Shown here piece after piece: positions 9,739-19,990 of a stretch of 33,995 nt of DNA. Source of the stretch: an uncultured Bacteroidota bacterium (GTDB taxonomy: Bacteria > Bacteroidota > Bacteroidia > Flavobacteriales > Flavobacteriaceae). How positions within the stretch are numbered: position 1 is the first letter of the stretch; every line of letters starts with the position of its first letter. Both the position numbers and the translations under genes were made by a program. The stretch is taken from positions 1-33,995 of the forward strand of contig CAIXNQ010000266.1 of assembly GCA_903920835.1 (NCBI GenBank). The letters are read 5' to 3'. Under the pieces are notes generated by a model. That model saw only the letters and a list, made by a program, of their open reading frames with translations, made no database searches and had not been told where the DNA came from.

Positions 9739-12700
9739 ATGTCTAATAAATCGTTGCTGTTGCTGCTACTTCTTTTTGCTTCTGGGCTTTTTGCTCAAGA
9801 AAGCAATTCGCTGTATCAAACCAAAAAAGTAGCCACTACGAAAGACACGATTTATATAGAAAACAACAGCATCAATCCGCTTTTTTTTAAACTTCTTGAC
9901 AAATCAAACAAAGCAATTGACAGTTTGAGCTATAAAATTGATTTCTCTAAAGGGATTTTAGTTCTCAATAAATCTGTAGCCAATCAGCATGACACCGTGA
10001 CCGTGCGATATTTGAAATATCCTTCGTTTCTCACCAAAACCTACAGTTTTTATGACGATAGCAAAGTGGTTCATAATGCGAACGGCGAAGCCAACTTATA
10101 TCGAATTGCCAACGATAATTTTAAAAAATTTACACCTTTTGATGGATTAAACACTTCTGGAAGCATCACTAGAGGAATTACAATTGGCAACAATCAAAAT
10201 GCGGTTGTAAATTCTAATTTAGATTTACAGATTACGGGCAAAATATCCGACAAAGTTAGCCTTAGAGCTTCTATTCAAGACAGCAATATTCCTCTACAAA
10301 ACGGAGGTTATTCTCAGAAATTAGATCAGTTTGACCAGATTTTCATGGAACTTTACAGCGATAAATGGAGCGTTCGGGGTGGCGATTTATTTCTCGAAAA
10401 CAGACAATCAAAGTTTTTAAACTTCAACAAAAAAGTGCAAGGCTTGTCGGGAATTTTCCGTTTTGGAACAGACGAAAACAAGACTACTGTTTTTGCCTCT
10501 GGAGCAATTGTCAAGGGGCAATATGCCAAAAGTTCGTTTACTGGTCAAGAAGGAAATCAAGGGCCGTATAAACTCCGTGGTCAAAATGGCGAATTATATA
10601 TACTCGTGATTTCGGGTTCAGAGCGGGTTTATGTGAACGGAATTCTTTTGAAGCGAGGCGAGAATAATGATTATGTAATTGATTATAACGCCGGCGAAAT
10701 CCGATTTACGACACTTTATCCCATCAATTCAGAGATGAGAATTGTTATTGAATATCAATATTCAGACAGAAATTATACTCGTTTTGTGACTTATGGAGGC
10801 GCTACACACGAAACCAAAAAATGGAGTATTGGCGGTGCAATTTATTCTGAAAGCGATGTAAAAAACCAACCTTTGCAACAAAATCTTTCAACAGAACAGG
10901 TTCAGATTTTGACACAAGCGGGCGACAATCCAGATTTAATGACCGCACCATCGGCTTATGCAGATGCTTATTCTACGAATAAAATTCTGTATAAAAAAAC
11001 AACCCTCAACGGAGCTACTTATTTTGAATATTCTAACGTTTCAACCGACGAGCTATATAATGTAACTTTCAGTTTTGTGGGCGATAAATTGGGCAATTAC
11101 AATATCATCAACTCGGTTGCTATCGGAAAAATTTATCAATATGTACCGCCCATAGCTGGTGTAAAACAAGGAAGCTATGAACCAATAACCCGCTTGACGC
11201 CACCCATAAAACTTCAAATTGCAACAATTCAAGGAAAATTTACGCCTTCAGAAAAAACGCTGATTGATTATGAACTGGGCGTGAGTGATAACGACAAAAA
11301 CTTATATTCTAGCATTGATGATGGCGACAATAAAGGAATGGCAGGAAAAATCAACCTCAAACAGCGGTTGTTTTCAAAGAAAATTCAGGTCGATTATTTT
11401 AGCAATTACCAATGGGTGCAAAAAAACTTCAGAACCATCGAACGGCTTTTTACTATTGAGTTCAATCGTGATTGGAACCTATCAACTTTTTCAGGCAATC
11501 AAAGTTATTTGATTACGGGAGTCACTGCTTCGTTGCCCGACAAAGGAAAGCTGACTTATCAATTTGAAAAACTTGACTTTTCTGAAACCTTTTCGGGCAA
11601 TAGACATGTTTATGATTTTTTTTCTAAATATAATAAAATCACATTTCAGAGTTCGGGCAGCGTTTTGAAAAGCGACGGAAGTTATTCTGCATCAACTTTT
11701 ATTAGAAACCAATCGAAGGTTAAATTTAACTTTCATAAAAACTGGATTGGCTCTAGTTTTAGAATGGAAAACAACAAAGAAAAACTAGAAGCTACGCAAT
11801 CACTCTCTAATCTTAGCCAAAGATATAATGAAATTGGCAGTTTTATTGGTCGTGGTGACAGCACCAAAGTCTTTGTTGAAACTGGATTTTTGCACCGAAC
11901 CAACGACAGTTTGCAAAACGGAATCCTGCAACGGGTGAATGCTTCAAATTCGTTTTATGTCAATACAAAACCAATCAAAAACGACCGCACCGATTTGTCA
12001 ATGTTTGTTAACTACCGAACGCTGACTTATGAAAACAACAAATTGCCTTCTGAAAATTCGCTCAACTCAAGAATCTTGTTCAACACCCGTTTTTGGGACC
12101 AATTGTTGCAGTCCACCACAGCTTATGAAACCACTTCTGGAACGATTGCCCAGCAACAATTTACCTATTTAGAAGTTCAGGCAGGACAAGGCGTTTATAT
12201 GTGGAAAGATTATAACAACAACGGCATTCAGGAGTTGCAAGAATTTGAAGTAGCTCCTTTTCCAGATTTGGCAAAATATGTTCGGGTGTTTTTGCCCAAT
12301 CAAGTTTTTATAAAAACCCATCAAAATAAGTTTTCGCAAAGCCTAATTTTGAATCCAAATCAATGGCAAAATAAAGTTGGCTTACTGAAACTGGCTTCTT
12401 ATTTCTATAACCAAACCAACTATTTAATCGAAAAAAAAGTAGCCCGAAACTCGAGTAATTTTGACTTAAATCCGTTTGCTGCTGCCGATGAAAACTTGCT
12501 CGGATTGAACACTACTTTTAGAAACAGTCTGTTTTTAAATCGAGGCAAACAACGGCATTCGGTTACTTATACGTTTTTGAAAAATCAAACCAAGAACTTG
12601 CTGTCAGTCGGTGCTATCGAGAGCAAAAACAGTTCGCACCAGTGGCAATATGCCCACCTGATTGAAAAAACTTGGCTCATGGCTTTCTCAACAAAAACCA

Positions 12701-13149
12701 TTCGGTCGGTTACTAGCGCAGAGAATTATGCCAGCCGCAATTTCGAGTTAGAAGGCTATCAATTAGCACCAAAGATTTCCTATTTATTTACTAAAAACAC
12801 AAGCCTTGACGTTTTTTTTGAATATCAAACCAAAGCCAACAAAATAGGCAATTTAGAAAACCTCAAACAAAGCCGCCTTGGAGCTTCGTTTACGCTTTCG
12901 ACCAGTAATAAATTTACTTCAAACGGAGAGTTTTCGATGTATAACAATGCGTTTATAGGCAACGAAGTTTCGCCCGTGGCGTTCCAAATGCTCGAAGGAT
13001 TGCAACCAGGCAAAAACACTACTTGGCGGTTGTTAATTCAGAAAAACTTGACGCAATATCTCGACATTAACCTCAACTATCAAGGACGCAAAAGCGAAAC
13101 CAGCCAAACGATTCACACAGGCAACGTGCAACTTCGGGCTTATTTTTAG
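9739..13149 (+). CDS. Large outer-membrane beta-barrel protein of unknown function
   Basis: Signal peptide, many amphipathic beta strands, C-terminal QLRAYF beta signal. Confidence 0.7.
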   Translation: MSNKSLLLLLLLFASGLFAQESNSLYQTKKVATTKDTIYIENNSINPLFFKLLDKSNKAIDSLSYKIDFSKGILVLNKSVANQHDTVTVRYLKYPSFLTKTYSFYDDSKVVHNANGEANLYRIANDNFKKFTPFDGLNTSGSITRGITIGNNQNAVVNSNLDLQITGKISDKVSLRASIQDSNIPLQNGGYSQKLDQFDQIFMELYSDKWSVRGGDLFLENRQSKFLNFNKKVQGLSGIFRFGTDENKTTVFASGAIVKGQYAKSSFTGQEGNQGPYKLRGQNGELYILVISGSERVYVNGILLKRGENNDYVIDYNAGEIRFTTLYPINSEMRIVIEYQYSDRNYTRFVTYGGATHETKKWSIGGAIYSESDVKNQPLQQNLSTEQVQILTQAGDNPDLMTAPSAYADAYSTNKILYKKTTLNGATYFEYSNVSTDELYNVTFSFVGDKLGNYNIINSVAIGKIYQYVPPIAGVKQGSYEPITRLTPPIKLQIATIQGKFTPSEKTLIDYELGVSDNDKNLYSSIDDGDNKGMAGKINLKQRLFSKKIQVDYFSNYQWVQKNFRTIERLFTIEFNRDWNLSTFSGNQSYLITGVTASLPDKGKLTYQFEKLDFSETFSGNRHVYDFFSKYNKITFQSSGSVLKSDGSYSASTFIRNQSKVKFNFHKNWIGSSFRMENNKEKLEATQSLSNLSQRYNEIGSFIGRGDSTKVFVETGFLHRTNDSLQNGILQRVNASNSFYVNTKPIKNDRTDLSMFVNYRTLTYENNKLPSENSLNSRILFNTRFWDQLLQSTTAYETTSGTIAQQQFTYLEVQAGQGVYMWKDYNNNGIQELQEFEVAPFPDLAKYVRVFLPNQVFIKTHQNKFSQSLILNPNQWQNKVGLLKLASYFYNQTNYLIEKKVARNSSNFDLNPFAAADENLLGLNTTFRNSLFLNRGKQRHSVTYTFLKNQTKNLLSVGAIESKNSSHQWQYAHLIEKTWLMAFSTKTIRSVTSAENYASRNFELEGYQLAPKISYLFTKNTSLDVFFEYQTKANKIGNLENLKQSRLGASFTLSTSNKFTSNGEFSMYNNAFIGNEVSPVAFQMLEGLQPGKNTTWRLLIQKNLTQYLDINLNYQGRKSETSQTIHTGNVQLRAYF

Positions 13150-13257
13150 ATTGATGTTTGGCACAAATATATTTTAAAATTGTATTGAAATTTTGAATTA
13201 TTAATTCATTAATTCTCATCACGTTTTTTGCTTAAATATTATCTAAGAAAACTAAAA

Positions 13258-13446
13258 GAAGCCCCCCGAAAACCATTTGAAGTCCTCAGAAGCCCGATTG
13301 AAGCGCTCCGAAAACTCTTTGAAGTCCTCAGATGCCCGATTGAAGTTCTCAGATGCCCGATTGAAGTCCTCAGATGCCCGATTGAAGTTCTCAGATGCCC
13401 GATTGAAATTCTCCGAAAACTCTTTGAAGTGCTCCGAAGACCGTTT
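13258..13446. repeat. Tandem array, 9 x 21 bp (consensus GAAGTYCTCAGATGCCCGATT)
   Basis: Nine in-register units each starting GAA; two subtypes ending CCCGATT or ACTCTTT. Confidence 0.95.
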
Positions 13447-13696
13447 GAAGGTATTTTTTAATTATCTGAGTACTTCTAGCGTTCTTTTATGTGCTTTTTG
13501 CTTGCTTCTGACAAAAAAGCACAAACAACTGAAAATGATTTTTATTTAATTGAAGTAAGTTTTATTACTACTAATTAAAATTTTGTTACTAATGACCAGA
13601 GATTGAGTAGATCTAAATTAAAATCATTATTAAATAAGCTAATGAATTAGAGTTTTTGGGCGTAGTTATTCGTTATTTAAACCTTCATAAAAACTA

Positions 13697-13766
13697 CTTA
13701 AACCGAATAGTTGACCTCTAATAAAATAATTTTCTAAACAAAATAACTCCAAAAAAGCACTTATTC
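13697..13766. repeat. Dispersed non-coding repeat, copy B
   Basis: Reverse complement matches window 1-70 at 62/70. Confidence 0.85.
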
Positions 13767-13884
13767 GGTCCAACTCAAAACCAAATTATTCCAAATTTTT
13801 ATTCACATGGGCCATTTGCATTTTTCATGTTACAAGCCATTATTTACAAGGGTTTCTGTTTTTACTGTTCTATAAAAAACGCAT

Positions 13885-13916
13885 AAAAAAATCCACTTTT
13901 GGGGTAAAAGTGGATT
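13885..13916 (-). terminator. Intrinsic terminator after Hpt-like gene
   Basis: AATCCACTTTT/AAAAGTGGATT stem with T-run on minus strand. Confidence 0.85.
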
Positions 13917-13944
13917 AAAAAATCTATTTCAGAACCATCAATCA

Positions 13945-14283
13945 TCAAAAATCTTTCTTCAACTCCTTAATGGTGTTTTTAATCTGCTTGTTCAAACTCT
14001 GATAAACGCCTTTAATCTCTTTGCGTTTGCCTTTTTTTTGCGCCCATTCTTCAACAAGGTTTATTTCTTCATAAGAGACATTCATGCCAAACAAATCTAA
14101 TTTGTCTCGCATCTTTTGGGCGGTAGCTTTAACAAGATCATAATCTTTGTCTTCAATACCAAGATATAACATCTCCACTTGGGCAGGCATTTGATCCATA
14201 AATAAATCAATTTCGACAAAAACTTTATCTTCGTCCGAATTGAATCTCGAATAAACCTTTGCTAAATTATAGTGTAGTGCCAT
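13945..14283 (-). CDS. Hpt-domain-like protein lacking the conserved histidine
   Basis: Helical 112 aa resembling flavobacterial stand-alone Hpt (YNLAKVY...LDLFG...IKELKKDF); AQKMR where AHK is expected. Confidence 0.7.
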   Translation of the reverse strand: MALHYNLAKVYSRFNSDEDKVFVEIDLFMDQMPAQVEMLYLGIEDKDYDLVKATAQKMRDKLDLFGMNVSYEEINLVEEWAQKKGKRKEIKGVYQSLNKQIKNTIKELKKDF

Positions 14284-14894
14284 TATTTTACTTGAATTCT
14301 AAATAATTTATTACCTTCTAAATATCCTTCTAAAACATCGTTGGGTTTCACTGCCGCAACGCCTGCTGGAGTTCCTGTAAACAAAATATCTCCTATTTTC
14401 AATGTAAAATATTTTGAAACATCAGCAATCAATTCATCAATACTCCAAATCATATTCGAAGAATTTCCAGCCTGAACCACCGTTCCGTTGTTTTTCAACT
14501 CAAAGCTGAGGTTGTCTAAAGATTCAAACTGCGACTTTGGCAAAAAATCACCAATCACCGCCGACCCGTCAAAAGCTTTTGCTTTCTCCCAGGGCAGTCC
14601 TTTTTCTTTCAAACTTTGTTGCAAATCTCGGGCAGTAAAGTCAATGCCAAGTCCAATTTCGTCATAATAATTGCCAGCAAACTTTGCGTCGATATATTTC
14701 CCTACTTTGGTTATTTTAACAATCAACTCAATTTCATGATGAATATCTTCAGAAAATTCTGGAATCACAAAAGGGTGTTGCTTCAATAAAATCGCAGAAT
14801 CGGGCTTTAAAAAAACAACAGGTTCGGCTGGTCGTTCGTTGTTGAGTTCTGCAATATGGTTGGCATAATTTCGCCCAATACAAATGATTTTCAT
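14283..14894 (-). CDS. Fumarylacetoacetate hydrolase family protein
   Basis: KIICIGRNY, HHEIEL, DFTARDLQ, GDILFTGTPAGV motifs. Confidence 0.95.
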   Translation of the reverse strand: MKIICIGRNYANHIAELNNERPAEPVVFLKPDSAILLKQHPFVIPEFSEDIHHEIELIVKITKVGKYIDAKFAGNYYDEIGLGIDFTARDLQQSLKEKGLPWEKAKAFDGSAVIGDFLPKSQFESLDNLSFELKNNGTVVQAGNSSNMIWSIDELIADVSKYFTLKIGDILFTGTPAGVAAVKPNDVLEGYLEGNKLFRIQVK

Positions 14895-14906
14895 TTTTAG
14901 TAAAAG

Positions 14907-15677
14907 CTATTTGGTGTTTAACTTTCTGAGTTTAATTGCGGTTAAAACTTTCTTAGTATATAACGGAAAGTCTGCATTTTGAATCCAACTGAAATAACCC
15001 GGTTCGGTGTCAAGAACTTTATCTACTTTCGCACCTTTGTGCTTCCCGAACGTGAATATTTCATCGCCATCTTTGTCAAAAGCAATCATTCCTGCAAAGT
15101 CGGCTATTTTTTTACGGGTAGTAAATTCGCTCAAAAATTTCATGTCGTTGTTGAGTTCAGGATATCTCTCGAGTTGCTGGGTTAAAATTTCGTAGGTCGC
15201 ATCGGTATCGGCAGTGGCTGAATGTGCATTTTCAAGAGTTTTGCCACAATAAAATTTATAAGCAGCACTCAGCGTTCGTTCTTCCATTTTATGAAAAATA
15301 GTTTGAACATCAACTGAAACCCTGCTTTTCATATCAAAGTCAACCCCCGCCCGAAGCAATTCTTCTGCCAACAACGGAATATCAAATCGGTCCGAATTAT
15401 ATCCAGCCAAATCGCTATCTTTAATCATGTTGTGAATCGTTGCCGCCAGCTTGTCAAAAGTAGGTTCGTTGGCAACTTTCTCGTTAGTAATGCCGTGAAC
15501 TTCGGTAGCTTGTTTCGGAATCGGAATTGTGGGATTTACCAACCAAGTCTTACTTTCTTTATTGCCATTTGGAAAAACTTTCAGGATAGCTATTTCTACA
15601 ATTCTGTCTTTTCCAATGTCTATGCCTGTGGTTTCAAGGTCAAAAAAGCAGATGGGTCTGTTTAATTTTAATTCCAT
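14907..15677 (-). CDS. DEDDh 3'-5' exonuclease (DNA polymerase III epsilon-like)
   Basis: FDLETTG, YNSDRFD, AHSATAD motifs; C-terminal FGKHKG domain. Confidence 0.92.
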   Translation of the reverse strand: MELKLNRPICFFDLETTGIDIGKDRIVEIAILKVFPNGNKESKTWLVNPTIPIPKQATEVHGITNEKVANEPTFDKLAATIHNMIKDSDLAGYNSDRFDIPLLAEELLRAGVDFDMKSRVSVDVQTIFHKMEERTLSAAYKFYCGKTLENAHSATADTDATYEILTQQLERYPELNNDMKFLSEFTTRKKIADFAGMIAFDKDGDEIFTFGKHKGAKVDKVLDTEPGYFSWIQNADFPLYTKKVLTAIKLRKLNTK

Positions 15678-15772
15678 TTTTTGTGTTTAGTTAATTACAA
15701 ATGTAATCGAATAATAGGTTTGATTTTAGTAATATTAAAAATGTAAACTTCTTCTGTGAAGTTCAAATTGTG

Positions 15773-16093
15773 CTATTTAAACATGTCTTCCATGCCGGGA
15801 ATCATTGGTAAATCCATTTTTGCAACAGCGTCAAGTTCGGTTTTGTTTACGTTTATCGCTTTTGCAATGGCTTTATTTGTAACTAAAATCAAATAATCTT
15901 CAAGTTGTTCTTTGTCTTCCAAAAGTGCATCGTCAACTGCAATACTTTTGATGGTTTGATTGGCAGTAATGGTTATTTTCAACAATCCATCGCTACTTTG
16001 CTCATCGATTAAAACGGTGTCTAATCGCTTCTTTGTTTCTTCTATTTTTTGTTGGGTTGCTTGAAGCTTTCCCATCATTCCCATTAAGTCCAT
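15773..16093 (-). CDS. YbaB/EbfC nucleoid-associated protein
   Basis: 106 aa; N-terminal coiled coil, [21 protein letters not shown]. Confidence 0.9.
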   Translation of the reverse strand: MDLMGMMGKLQATQQKIEETKKRLDTVLIDEQSSDGLLKITITANQTIKSIAVDDALLEDKEQLEDYLILVTNKAIAKAINVNKTELDAVAKMDLPMIPGMEDMFK

Positions 16094-16233
16094 TTGTATA
16101 TTTTTTATGCTACAAACTTACTACTTTGTTTTTATAACTTCAAAAGTTAATAAAATCCAAAAGAATTTAGTTCTCTAAAAGTTTACATTATTTTTACCTC
16201 ATTAATATTTTTATTGAAACTTAAATCCAAAAG

Positions 16234-18291
16234 ATGACCGACGCAAAATTGCCTTTAGCCAAGATTATTCCTAAAAAAATGAAGAAACACGGCGTCATTC
16301 GTGTTGATAATTACCACTGGTTGAACAATCGCGAAAATCCAGAAGTGATTGCCTATTTGAATGAAGAAAACGAATATTATAAAAGTCAAACTGCATCAAC
16401 AGAAGATTTTCAAAAGTCACTTTTTGAAGAAATGAAAGCCCGAATTAAAGAAGATGACGAGTCTGTTCCGTATTTCTATAATGGTTATTTCTATATAACC
16501 CGTTTTGAAAAAGGTCAAAATTATCCAATATATTCTCGCAAAAAAGACAGTTTGACTGCCGATGAAGAAATCTTGTTTGATTGCAATTTGCTCGCAAAAG
16601 ACCAAGCGTTTTTTCAACTTGGCGGCCTCTCTGTTAGTCCAGACAACACTATGGCGTTATTTAGTTTTGACTTAATTGGCAGACGAATTTATACCATTCA
16701 AATAAAAAACTTGGTTACTAACGCTGTTTTTGATGATAAAATTGAAAATGTAACCGGAAATGCAGTTTGGGCAAATGACAATAAAACCATTTTTTATTCC
16801 AAACAAGACCCAACAACTTTGCGTTCAGACAAAATTTTCAAGCACAAACTTGGCTTCAATTCAAGCGAAGATGTTTTGGTTTATTTTGAAAAAGACGAAA
16901 CTTTTAGTGTTGATATTGCAAAATCAAAATCAAGAAAATATTTAGCCATCGAATCTGGAAGCACTTTAACTTCAGAATATCAAATTCTAGAAGCCAATAA
17001 TCCAGAGGGTCAATTCCGTGTTTTTCAAAAAAGAAAAAGAGGCGTTGAATATCATATTTCTCATTTTGAAGACGTGTTCTACATCAAAACAAATGCTGAT
17101 GATGCTGAGAATTTCAAGTTAATGAAAACACCCGAATCAAAAACGGCTAAGAAGTTTTGGACAGAAATAATTCCGCATCGAGACGATGTTTTGCTTGAAG
17201 ATATTGAAATTTTCAAAAATTATCTGGTAGTCGAAGAACGATTTAATGGCTTAAACAGAATTAAAATAATTCCTTGGAATGGTGGCGAGGCATATTATTT
17301 GCCATTTGACAGCGAAACCTACACCGCATACACCGGAACTAATGTTGATTTCGACACCGAAATTTTGCGTTATAGCTATCAATCGCTTGCCACACCTCCA
17401 TCGGTTATTGATTTCAATATGAAAACAAAAACCAAAGATATTAAGAAAGAGCAACAAGTGTTGGGCGGTTCTTTTGACAAAAACAATTACCACGAAGAAC
17501 GTGTTTGGGCAACAGCAACCGACGGAACATTAATACCGATTTCGTTGGTTTACAGAAAAGATTTAAAAAATGCCGACGGAAACCCTTTGCTTCAATATGC
17601 TTATGGTTCTTATGGTTATTCTATGGACGCCAGCTTTTCGTCAACAAGACTTAGTTTGCTAGATAGAGGATTTATTTTTGCAATCGCGCATATTCGAGGT
17701 GGCGAAGATTTGGGCAGAAAATGGTATGAAAACGGAAAACTACTTCAAAAGAAAAACACCTTTACCGATTTTGTTGATTGTTCTAAATTTTTAATATATA
17801 AAAAATATACTTCAGCCGCTCATTTGTATGCCGAAGGAGGATCTGCAGGCGGACTGTTAATGGGAGTGATTGCCAACACAAATCCAGAATTATATAACGG
17901 AATTATTGCTCAAGTTCCGTTTGTTGATGTTGTGACCACTATGCTCGACAAAAGTATTCCACTAACGACTGGAGAGTATGACGAATGGGGAAATCCGAAC
18001 AAAAAAGAATACTTTGACTATATGCTTTCCTATTCACCAATTGACAATATCAAGAAACAAGACTATCCGAATATGTACATTTCGACAGGGCTTCACGATT
18101 CGCAAGTGCAGTATTGGGAACCTGCCAAATGGGTTGCCAAACTTAGAGCGCACAAAACAAATTCAACTCAACTTTTTCTTGACACAAATATGGATGCAGG
18201 ACACGGTGGCGCTTCGGGCAGATTTGAAGCTTTGAAGGAACTGGCAAAAGAATTTGTCTTTTTATTTGAATTAGAAGCGATAAAAAAATAG
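16234..18291 (+). CDS. ptrB: Oligopeptidase B (S9A)
   Basis: GGSAGGLLMG, EYDEWGNP, DSQVQYWEPAKW, AGHGGASGR motifs. Confidence 0.95.
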   Translation: MTDAKLPLAKIIPKKMKKHGVIRVDNYHWLNNRENPEVIAYLNEENEYYKSQTASTEDFQKSLFEEMKARIKEDDESVPYFYNGYFYITRFEKGQNYPIYSRKKDSLTADEEILFDCNLLAKDQAFFQLGGLSVSPDNTMALFSFDLIGRRIYTIQIKNLVTNAVFDDKIENVTGNAVWANDNKTIFYSKQDPTTLRSDKIFKHKLGFNSSEDVLVYFEKDETFSVDIAKSKSRKYLAIESGSTLTSEYQILEANNPEGQFRVFQKRKRGVEYHISHFEDVFYIKTNADDAENFKLMKTPESKTAKKFWTEIIPHRDDVLLEDIEIFKNYLVVEERFNGLNRIKIIPWNGGEAYYLPFDSETYTAYTGTNVDFDTEILRYSYQSLATPPSVIDFNMKTKTKDIKKEQQVLGGSFDKNNYHEERVWATATDGTLIPISLVYRKDLKNADGNPLLQYAYGSYGYSMDASFSSTRLSLLDRGFIFAIAHIRGGEDLGRKWYENGKLLQKKNTFTDFVDCSKFLIYKKYTSAAHLYAEGGSAGGLLMGVIANTNPELYNGIIAQVPFVDVVTTMLDKSIPLTTGEYDEWGNPNKKEYFDYMLSYSPIDNIKKQDYPNMYISTGLHDSQVQYWEPAKWVAKLRAHKTNSTQLFLDTNMDAGHGGASGRFEALKELAKEFVFLFELEAIKK

Positions 18292-18373
18292 ATTGAATTA
18301 TTTTTATTAAATTTGCAGGCTTTGAATAAGTTTCTTTTGAATTATTTAAACCATTTGCCTTGACTAAAATTTT

Positions 18374-19414
18374 ATGAAAGAACAAATAAACGCATATAAT
18401 AACATTCTTGAGTTAATAGGCAAAACGCCTCTGATTAAACTAAACAAAGTAACAGAAAGTTTCAAGGGCAACTTTTATGCCAAGGTTGAGGCGTTTAATC
18501 CAGGACATTCTACAAAAGACCGCATCGCACTATATATCATCGAAGAAGCCGAAAAAAAGGGACTCCTTAAACCCGGAGACACCATTATTGAAACAACTTC
18601 TGGAAATACCGGATTTAGTTTAGCAATGGTCAGTATAATTAAAGGTTATCACTGCATTTTGGCTGTTAGTTCTAAATCTTCTAAAGACAAAATTGATATG
18701 TTGCGAAGCTTGGGTGCTAAAGTTTACGTTTGCCCAGCTAATGTATCGGCTGATGATGAACGTTCTTATTATAGCGTTGCCAAAAGACTGCATGAAGAAA
18801 CCAAAGGTTCTGTCTATATCAATCAATATTTTAATGAATTAAATATCGATGCGCACTACAAATCTACTGGGCCAGAAGTATGGGAACAATCAAACGGAAA
18901 AATCACGCATTTAATTGCATGTAGCGGCACTGGCGGAACGATATCAGGAACTGCAAAATTTCTTAAAGAAAAAAATCCAAATATTAGAATTTTGGGCGTT
19001 GATGCTTTTGGGTCGGTTTTAAAAAAATACCACGAAACCAAAGAGTTCGACACCGCCGAAATTTATCCTTACAGAATTGAAGGTTTGGGCAAAAATTTAA
19101 TTCCAACTGCTACTGACTTTGACGTAATCGATCAATTTATGAAAGTTACAGACGAGCAAAGTGCACACGCCACAAGAGAATTGGCAAAGAAAGAAGGCTT
19201 ATTTGTTGGTTATACTTCTGGTGCCGTTTTGCAAGCCATTAAACAATATGCCGAAGCTGGCGAATTTGACGAAAACAGCAATGTAATTGCTATTTTTCCT
19301 GATCATGGTTCAAGATATATGAGCAAAGTTTTTAGCGACGACTGGATGAACGAACAAGGTTTTTTTGACGCCATCAACTCCGAAGAAGTTCAGAAAATTG
19401 AATTCATAAAGTAG
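18374..19414 (+). CDS. PLP-dependent cysteine synthase/cystathionine beta-synthase family enzyme (possibly cysteate synthase)
   Basis: [26 protein letters not shown] motifs. Confidence 0.88.
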   Translation: MKEQINAYNNILELIGKTPLIKLNKVTESFKGNFYAKVEAFNPGHSTKDRIALYIIEEAEKKGLLKPGDTIIETTSGNTGFSLAMVSIIKGYHCILAVSSKSSKDKIDMLRSLGAKVYVCPANVSADDERSYYSVAKRLHEETKGSVYINQYFNELNIDAHYKSTGPEVWEQSNGKITHLIACSGTGGTISGTAKFLKEKNPNIRILGVDAFGSVLKKYHETKEFDTAEIYPYRIEGLGKNLIPTATDFDVIDQFMKVTDEQSAHATRELAKKEGLFVGYTSGAVLQAIKQYAEAGEFDENSNVIAIFPDHGSRYMSKVFSDDWMNEQGFFDAINSEEVQKIEFIK

Positions 19415-19801
19415 GTTGCTTTAATTTCTTTCAATATTAAGTCAAAACTTGACCAGAATTTCAAAACTTCCAATTACAACTTTAAATTTTCATTTGGTTT
19501 TATAGAACTTCTATTGAAATCTTCGTTTTTAAGCCAATTAAAAATTTTGCTTTAATTTTAAAACTCTTTAGATCTTGAGATTGATCCATACAAAATTGAT
19601 AATTTCAACAAATGATTCATTCGTTTCTTTATCTTTTTTTAAAATTCAAAAAAAATAATACTTCCCCACAAATTTTATACTTAAGCAGTCATTTATTAAT
19701 TTTACTGTGTAATATTTTTTGCGTTTTGAAGATCTAAATTTATAACTCTTATTATTTGCAATTAAACCAACTTTGATTTGGATTTTAAAATCTGTTTTAA
19801 C

Positions 19802-19809
19802 TACATTTG
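19802..19809 (+). promoter_or_regulatory. -7 promoter box driving the riboswitch leader
   Basis: TACATTTG with TTTG about 21 nt upstream, directly before the aptamer. Confidence 0.7.
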
Positions 19810-19814
19810 CCCCG

Positions 19815-19892
19815 TCTCAAAGGGGTGCTCTAAATAACGAGCTGAGATTATACCCAAAGAACCTGGGCAAGTAATGTTGCCAAGGGAAAAAA
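19815..19892 (+). ncRNA. TPP riboswitch aptamer (variant)
   Basis: GGGGTGCT...GCTGAGA..ATACCC...GAACCTG...GTAAT...AGGGAA consensus; GCCCCTTT near 19962-19969 can pair with 5' AAAGGGGT as an expression platform. Confidence 0.85.
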
Positions 19893-19990
19893 ATGACAAC
19901 CATAGCGTGCACACTATTTTTGTCATTAGGATTCATAAACTTTTTTTAACCATTGAATAATGGCCCCTTTTATTCGTAAACTTTATACGA

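Noticed and set aside
13258-13446. CRISPR array (also considered for 25661-25849)
   Set aside because: Contiguous units with no unique spacers and no cas genes
13228-13549. 77-aa and 90-aa ORFs as genes
   Set aside because: TTG starts; openness is explained by the repeat; no family motifs
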